Assembly: GCA_039936055.1 (NCBI GenBank)
Contig: JBDTJC010000241.1
Coordinates: 882 to 64,881 of the forward strand
Direction: 5' to 3'
Length of the DNA: 64,000 nt
DNA from: Polyangiaceae bacterium
GTDB taxonomy: Bacteria > Myxococcota_A > Polyangia > Polyangiales > Polyangiaceae
Positions 42,465 through 52,906 of this stretch are shown here, piece after piece. Numbering within the stretch: the first letter of the stretch is position 1; each line of letters opens with the position of its first letter. Below the pieces are notes generated by a model. That model was not told the DNA's origin. It saw only the letters and a program-made list of their open reading frames with translations, and did not search any database. Both the position numbers and the translations under genes were made by a program.

Positions 42465-43349
42465 ATGTTTCCAGTTTCGAAGCGCGTCTTCACGAGGGGT
42501 TTCGGCGTTAGCTTGCTGCTCGCGCTGTTGCCCAGCGCGTTTGCGTGCGATAGGCGCGAGCCGCCCAGCGAGATCCGGCTGGAAATACCAAGCGTGATCG
42601 CCTCGCAGGATTTCGTCACCGTGGCCGTGCACGCGCTCAACGCCCAAGGCGTGAGCGCGAACGGCGCGGATGGCGCCGAGTTCAGCGTGGCCCCGAAGGA
42701 CCTCGCGACCGTCAGCAATCCCGCGCTCGTGAAATGCGAACGCTCGGGTGACGGTAAGCTCACCGTCACGATCGCTGGCGTGAGCCGCAGCGTGACGGTG
42801 CGCTGTCGGCTCGTCGATCGCATCGAGGCCAAGGATGTGGGGCGGGTCGAGCTCACGGCCGGTCCATTCGTGCCCAAGGTGCGCGTGCTGGACAAAGCCG
42901 GCGCGGAACTCACGGACGTGGACGTCACGTTCTTTTCCAAGAACTCCGGTGTCGTCTTTCCAAAGGACGGGCAGCTCGTGCCTAAGCTCGTAGGCACGGC
43001 CAACCTGGTTGCTCACGCTGGCGAGGTTTCAGCCGAGTTCAAGGCGGACGTCGTGCGCAAGGTCGTGGTCGAGGCGCTGCCGCTGGAGCAAAATCGCAAG
43101 ATCTACTTCTCGCTCGACGCCGGCAAATACGAGCTGAGCGTCAAGCTCCCACTACCCAAGCGCGTCACGATGGAGTGGCGTGGCGCGCCCTATTGCAACG
43201 CCGCCATCGACGGTTTGGAGCACGTTTCTACGTGTCTGCTCCGCGCACAGGGTGGGGGCGGCGTAGTTTTCGATAATCCGGCATACTTGCTGAACGGGAG
43301 CGCTAAGGCGCCGTCCCTCGACGGCGTCGCGCTGTACGAGGTTCCCTGA
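42465..43349 (+). CDS. Lipoprotein with Ig-like beta-rich domains
   Basis: AFAC lipobox; FSV....LATV, G...L.V pattern. Confidence 0.7.
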   Translation: MFPVSKRVFTRGFGVSLLLALLPSAFACDRREPPSEIRLEIPSVIASQDFVTVAVHALNAQGVSANGADGAEFSVAPKDLATVSNPALVKCERSGDGKLTVTIAGVSRSVTVRCRLVDRIEAKDVGRVELTAGPFVPKVRVLDKAGAELTDVDVTFFSKNSGVVFPKDGQLVPKLVGTANLVAHAGEVSAEFKADVVRKVVVEALPLEQNRKIYFSLDAGKYELSVKLPLPKRVTMEWRGAPYCNAAIDGLEHVSTCLLRAQGGGGVVFDNPAYLLNGSAKAPSLDGVALYEVP

Positions 43350-43365
43350 CCCGCGGGAGTAAGTC

Positions 43366-44235
43366 ATGGCCGAATCGCTGATTGTCGCCACGCTCGGCGC
43401 TGAACTGATTCAGACGTTCAACGACCCGAACTACCGCCCGCCGCCGCTGCCCAGCATCGCGCTGGAATTGATGTCTCTGACGAATCGAGATGATTCGACG
43501 ATCGACCGCATCGTGCGCCTGCTCGAACAGGATGAGATGCTCGCGGGTGGCGTGATGCGTCTCATCGGCTCTCCGCTGTATACGTCGCGTTCGCCAATTC
43601 GCACCCTGAAAGAGGCGGTGGTTCGGCTTGGTGTGCGCACCGTGCGCGATCTGGTGTTCGAGACGGCGTTGAACCAGGGCGTGTTTCAACTCGCCGAATA
43701 CAGCGAAACGATCGAGCAGATCCGGCGCCACAGCACGGTGACGGCGTACATCGCGCGTATCGTGTGCAAGGTGGCGCGCATCGACGAAGAGCACGCCTTC
43801 TTGTGCGGGCTCTTGCACGACATCGGCTTTGCGGGGCTGTTGTTCGCGGTCTCGCACGTCGAGGCCGAGCACAGCCCCCCGCTGATTCAGCTTTGGCCGG
43901 ACATCGACGCGCTGCATGAGCAGGCGTCACGCCTGGTGACCGAGCTCTGGCAACTGCCGCGCGAAATGCAGGAGGTGGTCGGGCACCACCATCACCTGCA
44001 CACTGGCGCAACATCGCGCGTGGCAGCTGCCATCAATATTGCGGATCAGCTCAGCGAGCGCTTTGGCGCGCGCGTGTTCGGCCCGGTGGATGCCGACGGC
44101 CTGCTGCTCGTCGGGGACGCCGTCGACGAATTCGACCTGGAAGTGAGCCGCGCCGAGCTGAACTTGGACAACGCGGCGATGGCGCGGATCATCGAGGACG
44201 CGGAGGCCACTGTGCCCGACATTCTTTGGCTGTGA
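43366..44235 (+). CDS. HDOD-domain protein
   Basis: PPLP..A, EQD..LA..V, EAVVRLG, HS..TA, GLLHDIG, HH. Confidence 0.9.
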   Translation: MAESLIVATLGAELIQTFNDPNYRPPPLPSIALELMSLTNRDDSTIDRIVRLLEQDEMLAGGVMRLIGSPLYTSRSPIRTLKEAVVRLGVRTVRDLVFETALNQGVFQLAEYSETIEQIRRHSTVTAYIARIVCKVARIDEEHAFLCGLLHDIGFAGLLFAVSHVEAEHSPPLIQLWPDIDALHEQASRLVTELWQLPREMQEVVGHHHHLHTGATSRVAAAINIADQLSERFGARVFGPVDADGLLLVGDAVDEFDLEVSRAELNLDNAAMARIIEDAEATVPDILWL

Positions 44236-44257
44236 GTGTGCTACGCCTCTCGCTCCG

Positions 44258-44920
44258 ATGCGCATCTCGCTGCGAATCTTAGTTGTGTCGGGTTTCTTAC
44301 TGGGTGCGTGCTCACGCAATCAGCACGGAGGTCAACACACGCCGGCCGCGTCGGCGTCGGGTGCCGCGTTCGGTCCGCTTGCTGAGCTTGACCCGAGCGC
44401 GGGCGCGGCTGCGGTTTCGCCGCTGGCGCCGAGTTCGCCGTTGCCGGTCGTCGACGGCGCGGCTCTGCTCCAAAAAATCAAAAGCAGTGGTCATCGCGGC
44501 GTGCTGGTCAACGCTTGGGCCAGCTGGTGCGATCCCTGCCAGCACGAGTTGCCGATGCTCAGCCGGGTAGGCCCTAAGCTCGCGGCCGAAGGCGTGCCCA
44601 TCTGGCTCGTCTCGGTGGACGACCCGGACGGTTTCCCAGCAGCACGCGCGCTGCTGGATTCGCTGCACATCGATCTGCCGAGCTTCGCTGCACAACCGCC
44701 GCTCGCGGCGTTCAAAATCGCGCTGAACCCCAAGTGGCCGGGGATGATTCCGGTCTCGTTCCTGTTCGATGCCACGGGCAAGTTGCGCTATTTCTGGGCC
44801 GGGGAAGTGTACGAGAAGGAACTCGTGCCCGTGGTCGAAGGCTTCCTCGCTGGCAAACACATCGACGGCGTGAGTGACTTCGGCACAGCGCCAGGCGCGA
44901 CGCAGGGCGATCACGAATAG
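44258..44920 (+). CDS. TlpA-family thiol-disulfide oxidoreductase lipoprotein
   Basis: LGAC lipobox; VNAWASWCDPC..E.P, IP.SFL.D..G. Confidence 0.87.
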   Translation: MRISLRILVVSGFLLGACSRNQHGGQHTPAASASGAAFGPLAELDPSAGAAAVSPLAPSSPLPVVDGAALLQKIKSSGHRGVLVNAWASWCDPCQHELPMLSRVGPKLAAEGVPIWLVSVDDPDGFPAARALLDSLHIDLPSFAAQPPLAAFKIALNPKWPGMIPVSFLFDATGKLRYFWAGEVYEKELVPVVEGFLAGKHIDGVSDFGTAPGATQGDHE

Positions 44921-44941
44921 CGGCCTCCGAATTCACGGGCC

Positions 44942-45083
44942 TGTAAACGTGCCTGTGCCCGGTCGCCCTCTCATCTTTCTCGGTTTTTGTGGGTCGCCTC
45001 GCTGGCAGCTCGCGTGCGCCAGTGCGGGGTGATGTTGGGCCACGATGTCCGTTTTTTCGGGCACGGGCACGGGCACGTTTACG
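44942..45083. repeat. REP-like 20-bp inverted repeat enclosing about 100 bp between convergent genes
   Basis: TGTAAACGTGCCTGTGCCCG (44942-44961) / CGGGCACGGGCACGTTTACG (45064-45083), 18/20 complementary. Confidence 0.7.
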
Positions 45084-45109
45084 GGGGAGTCAGCGTTCAC
45101 GGAGAGGGG

Positions 45110-46369
45110 TTAGCGACCGCCCATACCCGTCGTACTAATTCCTTGGATGAACGTCTTCTGAGCGAAGAAGAACAACACGATGATGGGCAGCACCAGCAGC
45201 GCGGAAGCAGCCATCAGGAGATGCCACTCGCTGCCGCCAAACTGCGAGTGATACTGCTGCAGGCCCAACGCCATCGTGAACGTTTCGGGCTCGGTGAGGA
45301 AGATCAGCGGGCCGAGGAATTCATTCCAGGCGTTGAGGAAGGTGAACAGCGCCACCACTGACAACGCGGGGCGAGCCAGTGGCAGGATCACGCGCCAAAA
45401 GATGCCGAATTCACTGCAGCCGTCGATGCGCGCGGCATCTGAGAGCTCACTCGGGATGGTCAAAAAGAATTGGCGAAGCAGAAAGATGTTGAACGCGCCG
45501 CCGAAGAACATGGGCACCCAGAGAGGCATCAGCGTGCCAATCCAACCCAGGCTGCGGAACACGCCGTACAGTGGTACCATGAGCACGGGGAACGGCACCA
45601 TCATCGTGGCTAGTGTGATGTTGAACAGGGTGCTGCGGCCCTTCCACTGAATGCGGGACAGGCCGTACGCGACCAAGGAGCTGGAGCACAGGGTGCCAAT
45701 CACGGACAAGAGCGCAACGAGGAGCGTATTGCTCAGGTACGTGAGGAACGTGATGGTCTTGGTGCGGTCGCCCTTTTTGGTCCACGGGAACGAAGACTTC
45801 TTGAGCAACTCACTCAGCGGAAGTGTCTTGTCTTTCTCGCTGGCGGTGAGCGCGCGGATCGCTTCTGGGTAATTGCCGATGACGGGCGAGACCTTGTTTT
45901 GAATGGTGTTCGGGTCGACGTAGAACACGCGCGCTTCACGTTGCGTGTACTTCGACAGGAACCACTCTTTGACGATCACGAAGCGGCCCGGGACGTTCTG
46001 CACGACCTTCGCGGGGTAGCGCGCTTCTTCGATGCGGTCGGCGATTGGCGTGCGCACCTTCACTTGCCCGTCGACGTAATCAGTGGGTTCGACCAGCAGG
46101 CGCTCACCCGCTTCTGGGCCGCTATCAGGCACGACCAGCAGGCGGTCCGAGCCAAGCAGGGTGGGCGGAGTGACCGCGATGGTTTTCCCGGACACGGTCA
46201 CGAAGTTCTGGCGCGGCAGCCACTCCGGTGGAATTTTGCCGACTTGTTCGCGCGGTTGCAGCGAAGTGAGCAGCAGCCAGACCAGCGGCACGGCGAACAG
46301 GCTCGCCAGTAGGATCAGCGGCAGGTGGACGAGGGGGCTAGTGCGAGTGAGAGGGTTCGGGCTTGCCAT
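45110..46369 (-). CDS. Carbohydrate ABC transporter permease (MalG-like) with a large extracytoplasmic insertion
   Basis: FLLRQFF..IP.EL.DAARIDG (EAA loop), WNEFL.PL, FFAQK.FI.G. Confidence 0.92.
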   Translation of the reverse strand: MASPNPLTRTSPLVHLPLILLASLFAVPLVWLLLTSLQPREQVGKIPPEWLPRQNFVTVSGKTIAVTPPTLLGSDRLLVVPDSGPEAGERLLVEPTDYVDGQVKVRTPIADRIEEARYPAKVVQNVPGRFVIVKEWFLSKYTQREARVFYVDPNTIQNKVSPVIGNYPEAIRALTASEKDKTLPLSELLKKSSFPWTKKGDRTKTITFLTYLSNTLLVALLSVIGTLCSSSLVAYGLSRIQWKGRSTLFNITLATMMVPFPVLMVPLYGVFRSLGWIGTLMPLWVPMFFGGAFNIFLLRQFFLTIPSELSDAARIDGCSEFGIFWRVILPLARPALSVVALFTFLNAWNEFLGPLIFLTEPETFTMALGLQQYHSQFGGSEWHLLMAASALLVLPIIVLFFFAQKTFIQGISTTGMGGR

Positions 46370-46381
46370 GGCGACTCGCGC

Positions 46382-47266
46382 TTAACGATCGTAAGTGACC
46401 CAGCGCTTGGACAGCTTGGTGGCGGCGAAGGTCAACACCAAGATGATGATGAACAGTACCCAAGCCATGGCCGAGGCGTAGCCCATGCGCAGGTCTTGAA
46501 AGCCGACATTGTACAGGTTGAGCACGTAAAAAAGGGTCGAGCGCTCGGGCGCGCCGGAGGAACCGGTCATGATGAAGGCCTGAGTGAAAGCCTGACAGCC
46601 GGCGATGATGCTGAGCACCACGTTGAAGTAGATGACGGGTGAGATCATCGGGATGGTGACGTTGAACAGGCGTTGAAAGAAGCCCGCGCCGTCGATCAGC
46701 GCGGCTTCATACAGGGATGTCGGTACGTCCTGCAGGCCGGCGAGGTAGATGACCATCGCGTTGCCCGCGCCCCAGACAGCCATCAACATAATCGCAGGTT
46801 TGGCCCAAGCCGGGTCCGAAAGCCAAGCCGGGCCGGTGATGCCGAGGTGATGTAGGCCCGTGTTGATGATGCCGCTTTGGCCGTTGTACATCCACAGCCA
46901 CAGGATGCTGCCGGCTACGACCGGCATCAGTGAGGGCAGGAAGAACAACGTGCGGTACATGCCCAGGCCCTTGACCTTGGAGTTGAGCAAGAGTGCAAGC
47001 GTGAGCGACACCACGAAGCCGAGCAGCACCGAGCCTGCGGCGTAATACGCGGTGTTATACAGGCTCTTCCAGAACAGCGGGTCTTTCACCAGATCGACGT
47101 AGTTGTCGAACCCGATGAACACTGGCGGCAAGAGCACCGAGTAGTCACACAGCGAGTAGTAGAACGCCGCGCACAGCGGGAAGATCAGAAACACCGTGAG
47201 GCCGATCAGCCACGGTAGGCAGAACAGCAGGCCATTTCGGCGGTTGGTGGCTTCCAGAGAACTCAC
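46382..47266 (-). CDS. Carbohydrate ABC transporter permease (MalF-like)
   Basis: FIGFDNY, YLAGLQ.VP..LYEAA.IDGA, MGYASA.AW. Confidence 0.93.
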   Translation of the reverse strand: MSSLEATNRRNGLLFCLPWLIGLTVFLIFPLCAAFYYSLCDYSVLLPPVFIGFDNYVDLVKDPLFWKSLYNTAYYAAGSVLLGFVVSLTLALLLNSKVKGLGMYRTLFFLPSLMPVVAGSILWLWMYNGQSGIINTGLHHLGITGPAWLSDPAWAKPAIMLMAVWGAGNAMVIYLAGLQDVPTSLYEAALIDGAGFFQRLFNVTIPMISPVIYFNVVLSIIAGCQAFTQAFIMTGSSGAPERSTLFYVLNLYNVGFQDLRMGYASAMAWVLFIIILVLTFAATKLSKRWVTYDR

Positions 47267-48699
47267 TTGGCGTTCCTCCGGGCCAGAATGCGCTGGCTGC
47301 GGTCGAGCGCGGTTTGCATTTTCGTTTGTACGTCCGACAGTGCGACGTTGGGCGTTTCCGTGAGATTCTGAATCAGATCCACGGCGTTCCCCAGCTCGCG
47401 GTCGTATTCGTTCCAAATCCCGGTTTGCGGGATGGAGAAAGCGTTCTTACTCATGCCGAGCTCTCGGAACAGCCGAATGTACGGATTCGGATGCACCTGA
47501 AAGAATTCATCACTCACGTTCTTGAGCGGCGTGAACTTCTGCTGACCGAGGCACAGCTTTTCGAGCACGGGCTGGGAGGTCACGTACTTGATGAACTCGA
47601 ACGCCTCCTGCGGGTGCGCGGAGTCCTTCGGGATCACGAGTACGTCCGCGTCCGCGCTCGTCGTGTTGGCGAGTTCCGGATGCCCGGCGGGATACGGGAA
47701 CGCCGCAGCGCCCCACTGCAGGCCTGGCGCGTACTTCTCGATGAAGTTGTGCATCCACACGCCCTGCAGCACCATCGCGACCTTGCCGGAGAGGAAAGCA
47801 TTCTGCGGGCTCGCGAAGTTACCGAAGCCGGAGCGAAAGCGCTTGGTCACGCCGATGCCCAGGTTCTTCGAATACGAAGCGACCCAGTTGAAAGCCTGGA
47901 TATTGCGCGGATCCGCAGCGGTTATCTGGTCCTGACCGGCGACCAAGCTGCCGCCGAAGAAGTAGCCCCAGCCGTAGGACCACCAACCCGGCTCGCCCGG
48001 GAGGAAGCCCGCTTGGATCAGCCGCTTCTGGGAAGCCGGAACGTCCGGCAGGTAGCCGCTTTCAACTTTCTTCTCGCCGCTCGGCAGCGTCACTTCCCAC
48101 TTGGTCAGCTTCGCCGCATAAGCGTCCAGCTCTTCGATGGTGACCGGGGGCTTCTCCGGGTCCAGTCCTGCTTCGCGGAATAGGCGCTTGTTGGTCAGCA
48201 GGGCAACGGATGCCGGGGCGATCGGCAGTGCCCACGTTTTGCCGCGGTACTCACCGAGCTTCATGTAGTGGTCGATGTATGCGGAGCGGTCGAACCCGGC
48301 CTTGCTCAGCATTGGGCCGAGATCCGTGAGCGCGCCGCCGTCCGCGTACGCGGCCACGTAGAAGCTGTAGTTGCCCGCGAGGTCAGGCGGGCTGCCACCG
48401 GCGATCGCGATCAGCAGCTTCTGCTCGACGTTGGAAATCGTGACCTTCTCGACCTCGATGGGCGCGTAGTTCAGGTCCTGCTTGGCGTGCGCGACTTCTT
48501 TGGCGTTGAAGTCGTCAATCACGGCGTCCATCGCCTCACCCTCGAAGCCGGTCCACTTTTCCCAGTAGGTGATGCGGCGGGGTGCCTGCTTGCTTTCGCT
48601 GGGAGAACACGAGAGCAGACCGAACGCCAGCGCTAGGGCGCCCAGCAACGCCCGCGCGGCCGGCGGGGCGCGCCAAGCACCTGTATATCGTCCAGTCAT
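47263..48699 (-). CDS. Sugar ABC transporter substrate-binding lipoprotein
   Basis: LLSC lipobox; AIAGG.PPD, NK.LF.EAGLDP, F..GKVAM...G.W. Confidence 0.9.
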   Translation of the reverse strand: MTGRYTGAWRAPPAARALLGALALAFGLLSCSPSESKQAPRRITYWEKWTGFEGEAMDAVIDDFNAKEVAHAKQDLNYAPIEVEKVTISNVEQKLLIAIAGGSPPDLAGNYSFYVAAYADGGALTDLGPMLSKAGFDRSAYIDHYMKLGEYRGKTWALPIAPASVALLTNKRLFREAGLDPEKPPVTIEELDAYAAKLTKWEVTLPSGEKKVESGYLPDVPASQKRLIQAGFLPGEPGWWSYGWGYFFGGSLVAGQDQITAADPRNIQAFNWVASYSKNLGIGVTKRFRSGFGNFASPQNAFLSGKVAMVLQGVWMHNFIEKYAPGLQWGAAAFPYPAGHPELANTTSADADVLVIPKDSAHPQEAFEFIKYVTSQPVLEKLCLGQQKFTPLKNVSDEFFQVHPNPYIRLFRELGMSKNAFSIPQTGIWNEYDRELGNAVDLIQNLTETPNVALSDVQTKMQTALDRSQRILARRNAK

Positions 48700-48841
48700 C
48701 GCCTGATCCGGCGTTCTAGTCGAAAGCCGCGCTAGGCGTTGCCCTTTTCCTGCTGCGCTCCGCGCCGAACGTGACGTGGCGCTGCGCCGCGCAGGAGCAC
48801 CCACCCCAAATTCCGAATCCTTCGCTCCGCAGGATCGCTCT

Positions 48842-49795
48842 TCAGCGATTACCTGGCAGCGGCGGCGGGCGCTTCGCTACGACGGGTGCCGTAGTTGGGT
48901 GCTTCGAAGGACGCTGGGATAGACCCTTCTTGGGCGCAGGCGCTAGGGGCGGCGCAGCGTCGAACGCAGGGATCTTGACGCTGGGTTTCGGCGGCGGCCG
49001 CAGGCGCGCTTGCGCTTGTGGTTGCCCGCGACGCGCGAGCGGGAAGTTGACCTCGGGCGGCGGATAAGCGGGCCGCGCGAGCACGTAACCCTGCGCGAAA
49101 TGCACGCCTTGATCGACGACGGCCTTCAATTCTTCCACCGTTTCCACGCATTCCGCCACGACTTTCGCGCCCAGATCCACGCACAGGGCGACCATGTGGC
49201 GCACGATGATCTGACGGCGCGGATCCTTGTCGATGCCGCGGGTGAGCGCGCCGTCCAGCTTCACGATCTTTGGATTCAGATCGAGGATGCGCGCCAAGTT
49301 GGAGTGGCCTGCGCCATAGTCGTCCACCACCAAGTGCACGCCCGCGCGCGCGCATACGTCTTTGAGCACGCTCATGCACAAGTCGTAGTGAGTGAACGCG
49401 GCCGATTCAGTGACTTCCAAATAGACTTCGCGTTCGTGAAAGTAGAGCGGGTCATCCGGGCGCACGAGCCAACGTTGGCTGAGCTCCTCGGGATGCACGT
49501 TCACGAACAGCGCGGCGTCCGTGCAGCGCTCGAACGTTTGCTGCCGAATCACTCGGCCGAGGTGACCGCAGGCCTGTTCCTTTTCGGCGGCGAGAAACAG
49601 AATCGGCGGTGATGCGTATTGCGGCAGCTTGCAGCGCACGAGCGCCTCGTGCGCGAACAACGCGCCCGTTTCAAGATCCACGATGGGTTGGAACACCATG
49701 TTGATGTCGTTCGTGGTGATCGAACGCACGCCAGCATCCGGACCCATTTGGTTGGGGTCGCCGTTGAACGTCCAATTCAGGCGATTGTCGGACAT
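48842..49795 (-). CDS. Stand-alone EAL-domain c-di-GMP phosphodiesterase with a Pro/Lys-rich tail
   Basis: FQPIV, EAL.R, FVN, EVTE, DDYGAG.S, KLD, AECVE, QGY. Confidence 0.9.
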   Translation of the reverse strand: MSDNRLNWTFNGDPNQMGPDAGVRSITTNDINMVFQPIVDLETGALFAHEALVRCKLPQYASPPILFLAAEKEQACGHLGRVIRQQTFERCTDAALFVNVHPEELSQRWLVRPDDPLYFHEREVYLEVTESAAFTHYDLCMSVLKDVCARAGVHLVVDDYGAGHSNLARILDLNPKIVKLDGALTRGIDKDPRRQIIVRHMVALCVDLGAKVVAECVETVEELKAVVDQGVHFAQGYVLARPAYPPPEVNFPLARRGQPQAQARLRPPPKPSVKIPAFDAAPPLAPAPKKGLSQRPSKHPTTAPVVAKRPPPLPGNR

Positions 49796-50013
49796 GAAGC
49801 GTGACTTCTCGCTGAAACGGCGTGCCCTGGCACTATTTAAGGAGCTCCGGTTTAGTCCAAAAAAGCGAGCGAGATCAGAGGGTTGCAAGCCGTGACCGGA
49901 GGTGTCCGATGGCCGACGTGAAGGTGAATGCATCGGCACACCTACCCGTCGGAGATCCAGAGCCCATATTTCCTGGAGTCAGTAGCGCCCATCGGCGTGT
50001 CACGAGAATCTCG

Positions 50014-50796
50014 ATGAAACCTAGCCTTCTTTGCATCGCGTTCGCGGTTCCTTGGTTCACCCTCGCGCAGACGGGCGCCGCTTTGGCGCAAGAGGCAGCG
50101 CCGCCACCGCCCCCAGCAGCAGCGCCAGCCGCTGTTCAGGTGGCGCCGGCGCCAGCGACCGCGAGCCCCTCCCGACCTTCGATCGTGCTTACGACCGCGC
50201 CCGTTGCTCCGGCGGTTGCGCGAAAGTACCACTTTCACGAAGGCTTCTATCTGCGCACGAGCTTGGGTTTCGGTGACTACCGCGCCAGCTTCACGGACAA
50301 CGCCAGCTATCACGTCACTTCCAACGGGGTCATCCCGGGCTCGAGCTACACCGAGCACGGCGGCAGCATGTCGCTCGACTTGTTGATCGGTGGCTCACCT
50401 TCGCCAGGCGTATCCATCGGTGGCGCTTTGCTGCTCGAGCCGCTGTTTGGCGCGGACTACGATCGCGGCGGCTCCGGCACGCACGGTGGCTTCGCGACCC
50501 TGGTGGGGCCGTTCATCGACGCCTTCCCGGACACAACTAAGGGCTGGCACCTCGGCGGCTTGCTCGGGCTCGCCGGGCAAAGCTTCCAGAGCCTCAACAA
50601 CGACGGCGCCACGCGGCGTGCGGGTGGCATCGGCGGTGCAGCCTGGTTCGGCTATGATTTCTGGGTCGCTGGAGAATGGGCAATTGGCCCGCAAATCCGC
50701 GTTATGGGCATGCGCACCACGGATACCCACTCGAATGAAGACATCTCGGCGTGGGCGCGGTCGTTCACGCTGGGCATCAGCGCCGTCTTCAACTGA
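50014..50796 (+). CDS. Secreted protein, probably a small outer-membrane beta-barrel
   Basis: Signal peptide, Pro/Ala linker, amphipathic Gly/aromatic strands, C-terminal ..AVFN. Confidence 0.72.
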   Translation: MKPSLLCIAFAVPWFTLAQTGAALAQEAAPPPPPAAAPAAVQVAPAPATASPSRPSIVLTTAPVAPAVARKYHFHEGFYLRTSLGFGDYRASFTDNASYHVTSNGVIPGSSYTEHGGSMSLDLLIGGSPSPGVSIGGALLLEPLFGADYDRGGSGTHGGFATLVGPFIDAFPDTTKGWHLGGLLGLAGQSFQSLNNDGATRRAGGIGGAAWFGYDFWVAGEWAIGPQIRVMGMRTTDTHSNEDISAWARSFTLGISAVFN

Positions 50797-52906
50797 CCGC
50801 GCCGGGGTGACTCGAGGGCGTCGCTTCGAGCACTTCACGCACGCGCTCCAAGAGGGCGTCTGGCGTGACCGGCTTCTGCAGTAGCGCGATGTTCGGGTCG
50901 ACGACGCCGTGTTGGGCGATGGCGTCTTCGGAATAACCGGACAGGTAGAGCACTTTGGTTTGTTGGCGGCTGCGCGTGAGGAGGGCCGCAAGTTCACGGC
51001 CGTTCATGGTGGGCATCACAACATCCGTCACCAACAGATCGATTTGACCTGGAAACTGTTCGCTCTGTCGTAATGCTTCGAGCGGGCCGCCAGCGTCCAG
51101 CACGCGGTAGCCGGCGGTGGTGAGGATGGCGCGGATCAATTTGCGCACTTGAGCTTCGTCCTCGACCAAGAGAATCGTTGCGCTTGCGGGTTCGCTCTTC
51201 CTGAGCGGGCGCAGGCTGACGCGCGGCACTGCTGGAGCTTCATCCGTGCACGGTAAGTGGATGACGAAAGTGGCGCCTTGGCCGAGCTCACTCGACACCG
51301 AGACCCGGCCGCCGCTCTGCTCGAGGACGCCGAACACGGTGGCGAGCCCCAAGCCGCTGCCTTTGCCGTTGCCTTTGGTCGTGAAAAACGGCTCGAAAGC
51401 GCGCTGTTTGGTCGCCTCATCCATTCCTGCGCCGGTGTCGCTCACCGATAGCCGCACGCAGCGCGTCACCGTGCTGCCATTCACGGTCGGTATGGCATCC
51501 ACATTGGTGGTCGAAATGGTGAGTGCGCCGCCGTTGGGCATCGCGTCCCGCGCATTGAGCGCCAAGTTCAGGATCACTTGCTCGATTTGCCCGAGATCCA
51601 CCTTCACGCGACCGAGCGACGGGCTGAAATCGCTCTTGAGCGCGATGCTTTCGCCCAACAGACGGCGAGTCATCTTGGCCATGCCCGCGAGCAGCTCGTT
51701 CAGATCCACGATGCGCGGCTCGAGCACTTGGCAGCGGCTGAACGCCAAGAGCTGACGGGTGAGCCGCGCGGCGCGTTCGCCGGCGGCGTGGATCTCTTGC
51801 ACGTCGTCGGCCGCGGGCGTGCCGGGCTTCATGTCCGCCAGTAGAATGGTGCTGTAGCTGAGGATGATGGATAGGATATTGTTGAAGTCATGGGCAATGC
51901 CGCCGGCGAGACGACCGAGCGCCTCCAAGCGCTGCATCTGGCGCAGATGAGCCTCGAGCGTCTTCATCTCGCGCATGTCGTGCTGCACGGTGGCGAACGC
52001 GAAGGGCTCGCCGCTCCTGTCGCGAACCAGGAATGAGCTGACTTGCGTGTGGATCAGCTCGCTCGTGACCTGATGCCGCAGTTCCCCAGGGCCTTGATAA
52101 CGGCCTCCCTCCCGGATTACCGGAACACGACTCATACCCGAGTCCGTGTGAAACGAGCGCAGCTCGATCTTGGATATGTCCGCATCCAGCGGGATGCCCA
52201 CGAGCGTCCGCCCGGCTGCGTTGAGGAACAACACCTCCCCGCTGAGCGTGGCCATGGCGATGAAATCACTGCTGTGTTGGATCAACGCTTCGAAGCGGCT
52301 TGCTCGCTCCTCGGCCTGCTTGCGCTGTTCGATCTCACGCTTTTGCGACTCCAGCAGCTGGGCGTTGGAGATGGCGAGCGCCGCGTGCTCAGCCAGGCTC
52401 CGCGCCACGGATTCGTCCGCTTCGTTGAAAGAGACCGAGTCAGCGCCGGCTCGGACCAGAGACATGACGCCCAACACTCGACCGCGGATCTCGAGCGGGA
52501 TCAGCAGCAAACTGCGAATGTCCAGGCGCTCCGCCGCGGCGCGATATTCGGGCGAGAGCTGCGCTTGAAAGCGGGGCAGATCAACAGTCGGGATGAGTAA
52601 CCCTTTGCGGCTCTGGATGATCCGCGCGCCGACGCTCGAACCGCTGACGGGGATCGGGCCGATGGTGAGCAAGCCCTTGGCTGCTTCCATCTGCGCAGGG
52701 TCTTCGAAATGAACCGCGCCCGCGTGCACGCTCTTGCCGTCGTCGGTGACGAGCGCCAGGGTGCAGCCGCTCCCCACTAGCCTAGCCATGTGCTCCGCGA
52801 CGGTGCGGAGCAGGCGCGGATAGTCAATCGTCGCCTCTGCGAAGGCGCGCATGGTGTCCGACAGCTCGTGCAAGCGTCGGTCGTGTGATCCGAAGTCCTC
52901 CGCCAT
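50789..52906 (-). CDS. GAF/PAS hybrid sensor histidine kinase/response regulator
   Basis: GAF (PL..RG..LG, ALAISNA), PAS, AHDFNN, NARDAM, FFTTK, receiver LLVEDE..TDVVMP. Confidence 0.94.
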   Translation of the reverse strand: MAEDFGSHDRRLHELSDTMRAFAEATIDYPRLLRTVAEHMARLVGSGCTLALVTDDGKSVHAGAVHFEDPAQMEAAKGLLTIGPIPVSGSSVGARIIQSRKGLLIPTVDLPRFQAQLSPEYRAAAERLDIRSLLLIPLEIRGRVLGVMSLVRAGADSVSFNEADESVARSLAEHAALAISNAQLLESQKREIEQRKQAEERASRFEALIQHSSDFIAMATLSGEVLFLNAAGRTLVGIPLDADISKIELRSFHTDSGMSRVPVIREGGRYQGPGELRHQVTSELIHTQVSSFLVRDRSGEPFAFATVQHDMREMKTLEAHLRQMQRLEALGRLAGGIAHDFNNILSIILSYSTILLADMKPGTPAADDVQEIHAAGERAARLTRQLLAFSRCQVLEPRIVDLNELLAGMAKMTRRLLGESIALKSDFSPSLGRVKVDLGQIEQVILNLALNARDAMPNGGALTISTTNVDAIPTVNGSTVTRCVRLSVSDTGAGMDEATKQRAFEPFFTTKGNGKGSGLGLATVFGVLEQSGGRVSVSSELGQGATFVIHLPCTDEAPAVPRVSLRPLRKSEPASATILLVEDEAQVRKLIRAILTTAGYRVLDAGGPLEALRQSEQFPGQIDLLVTDVVMPTMNGRELAALLTRSRQQTKVLYLSGYSEDAIAQHGVVDPNIALLQKPVTPDALLERVREVLEATPSSHPGAVS

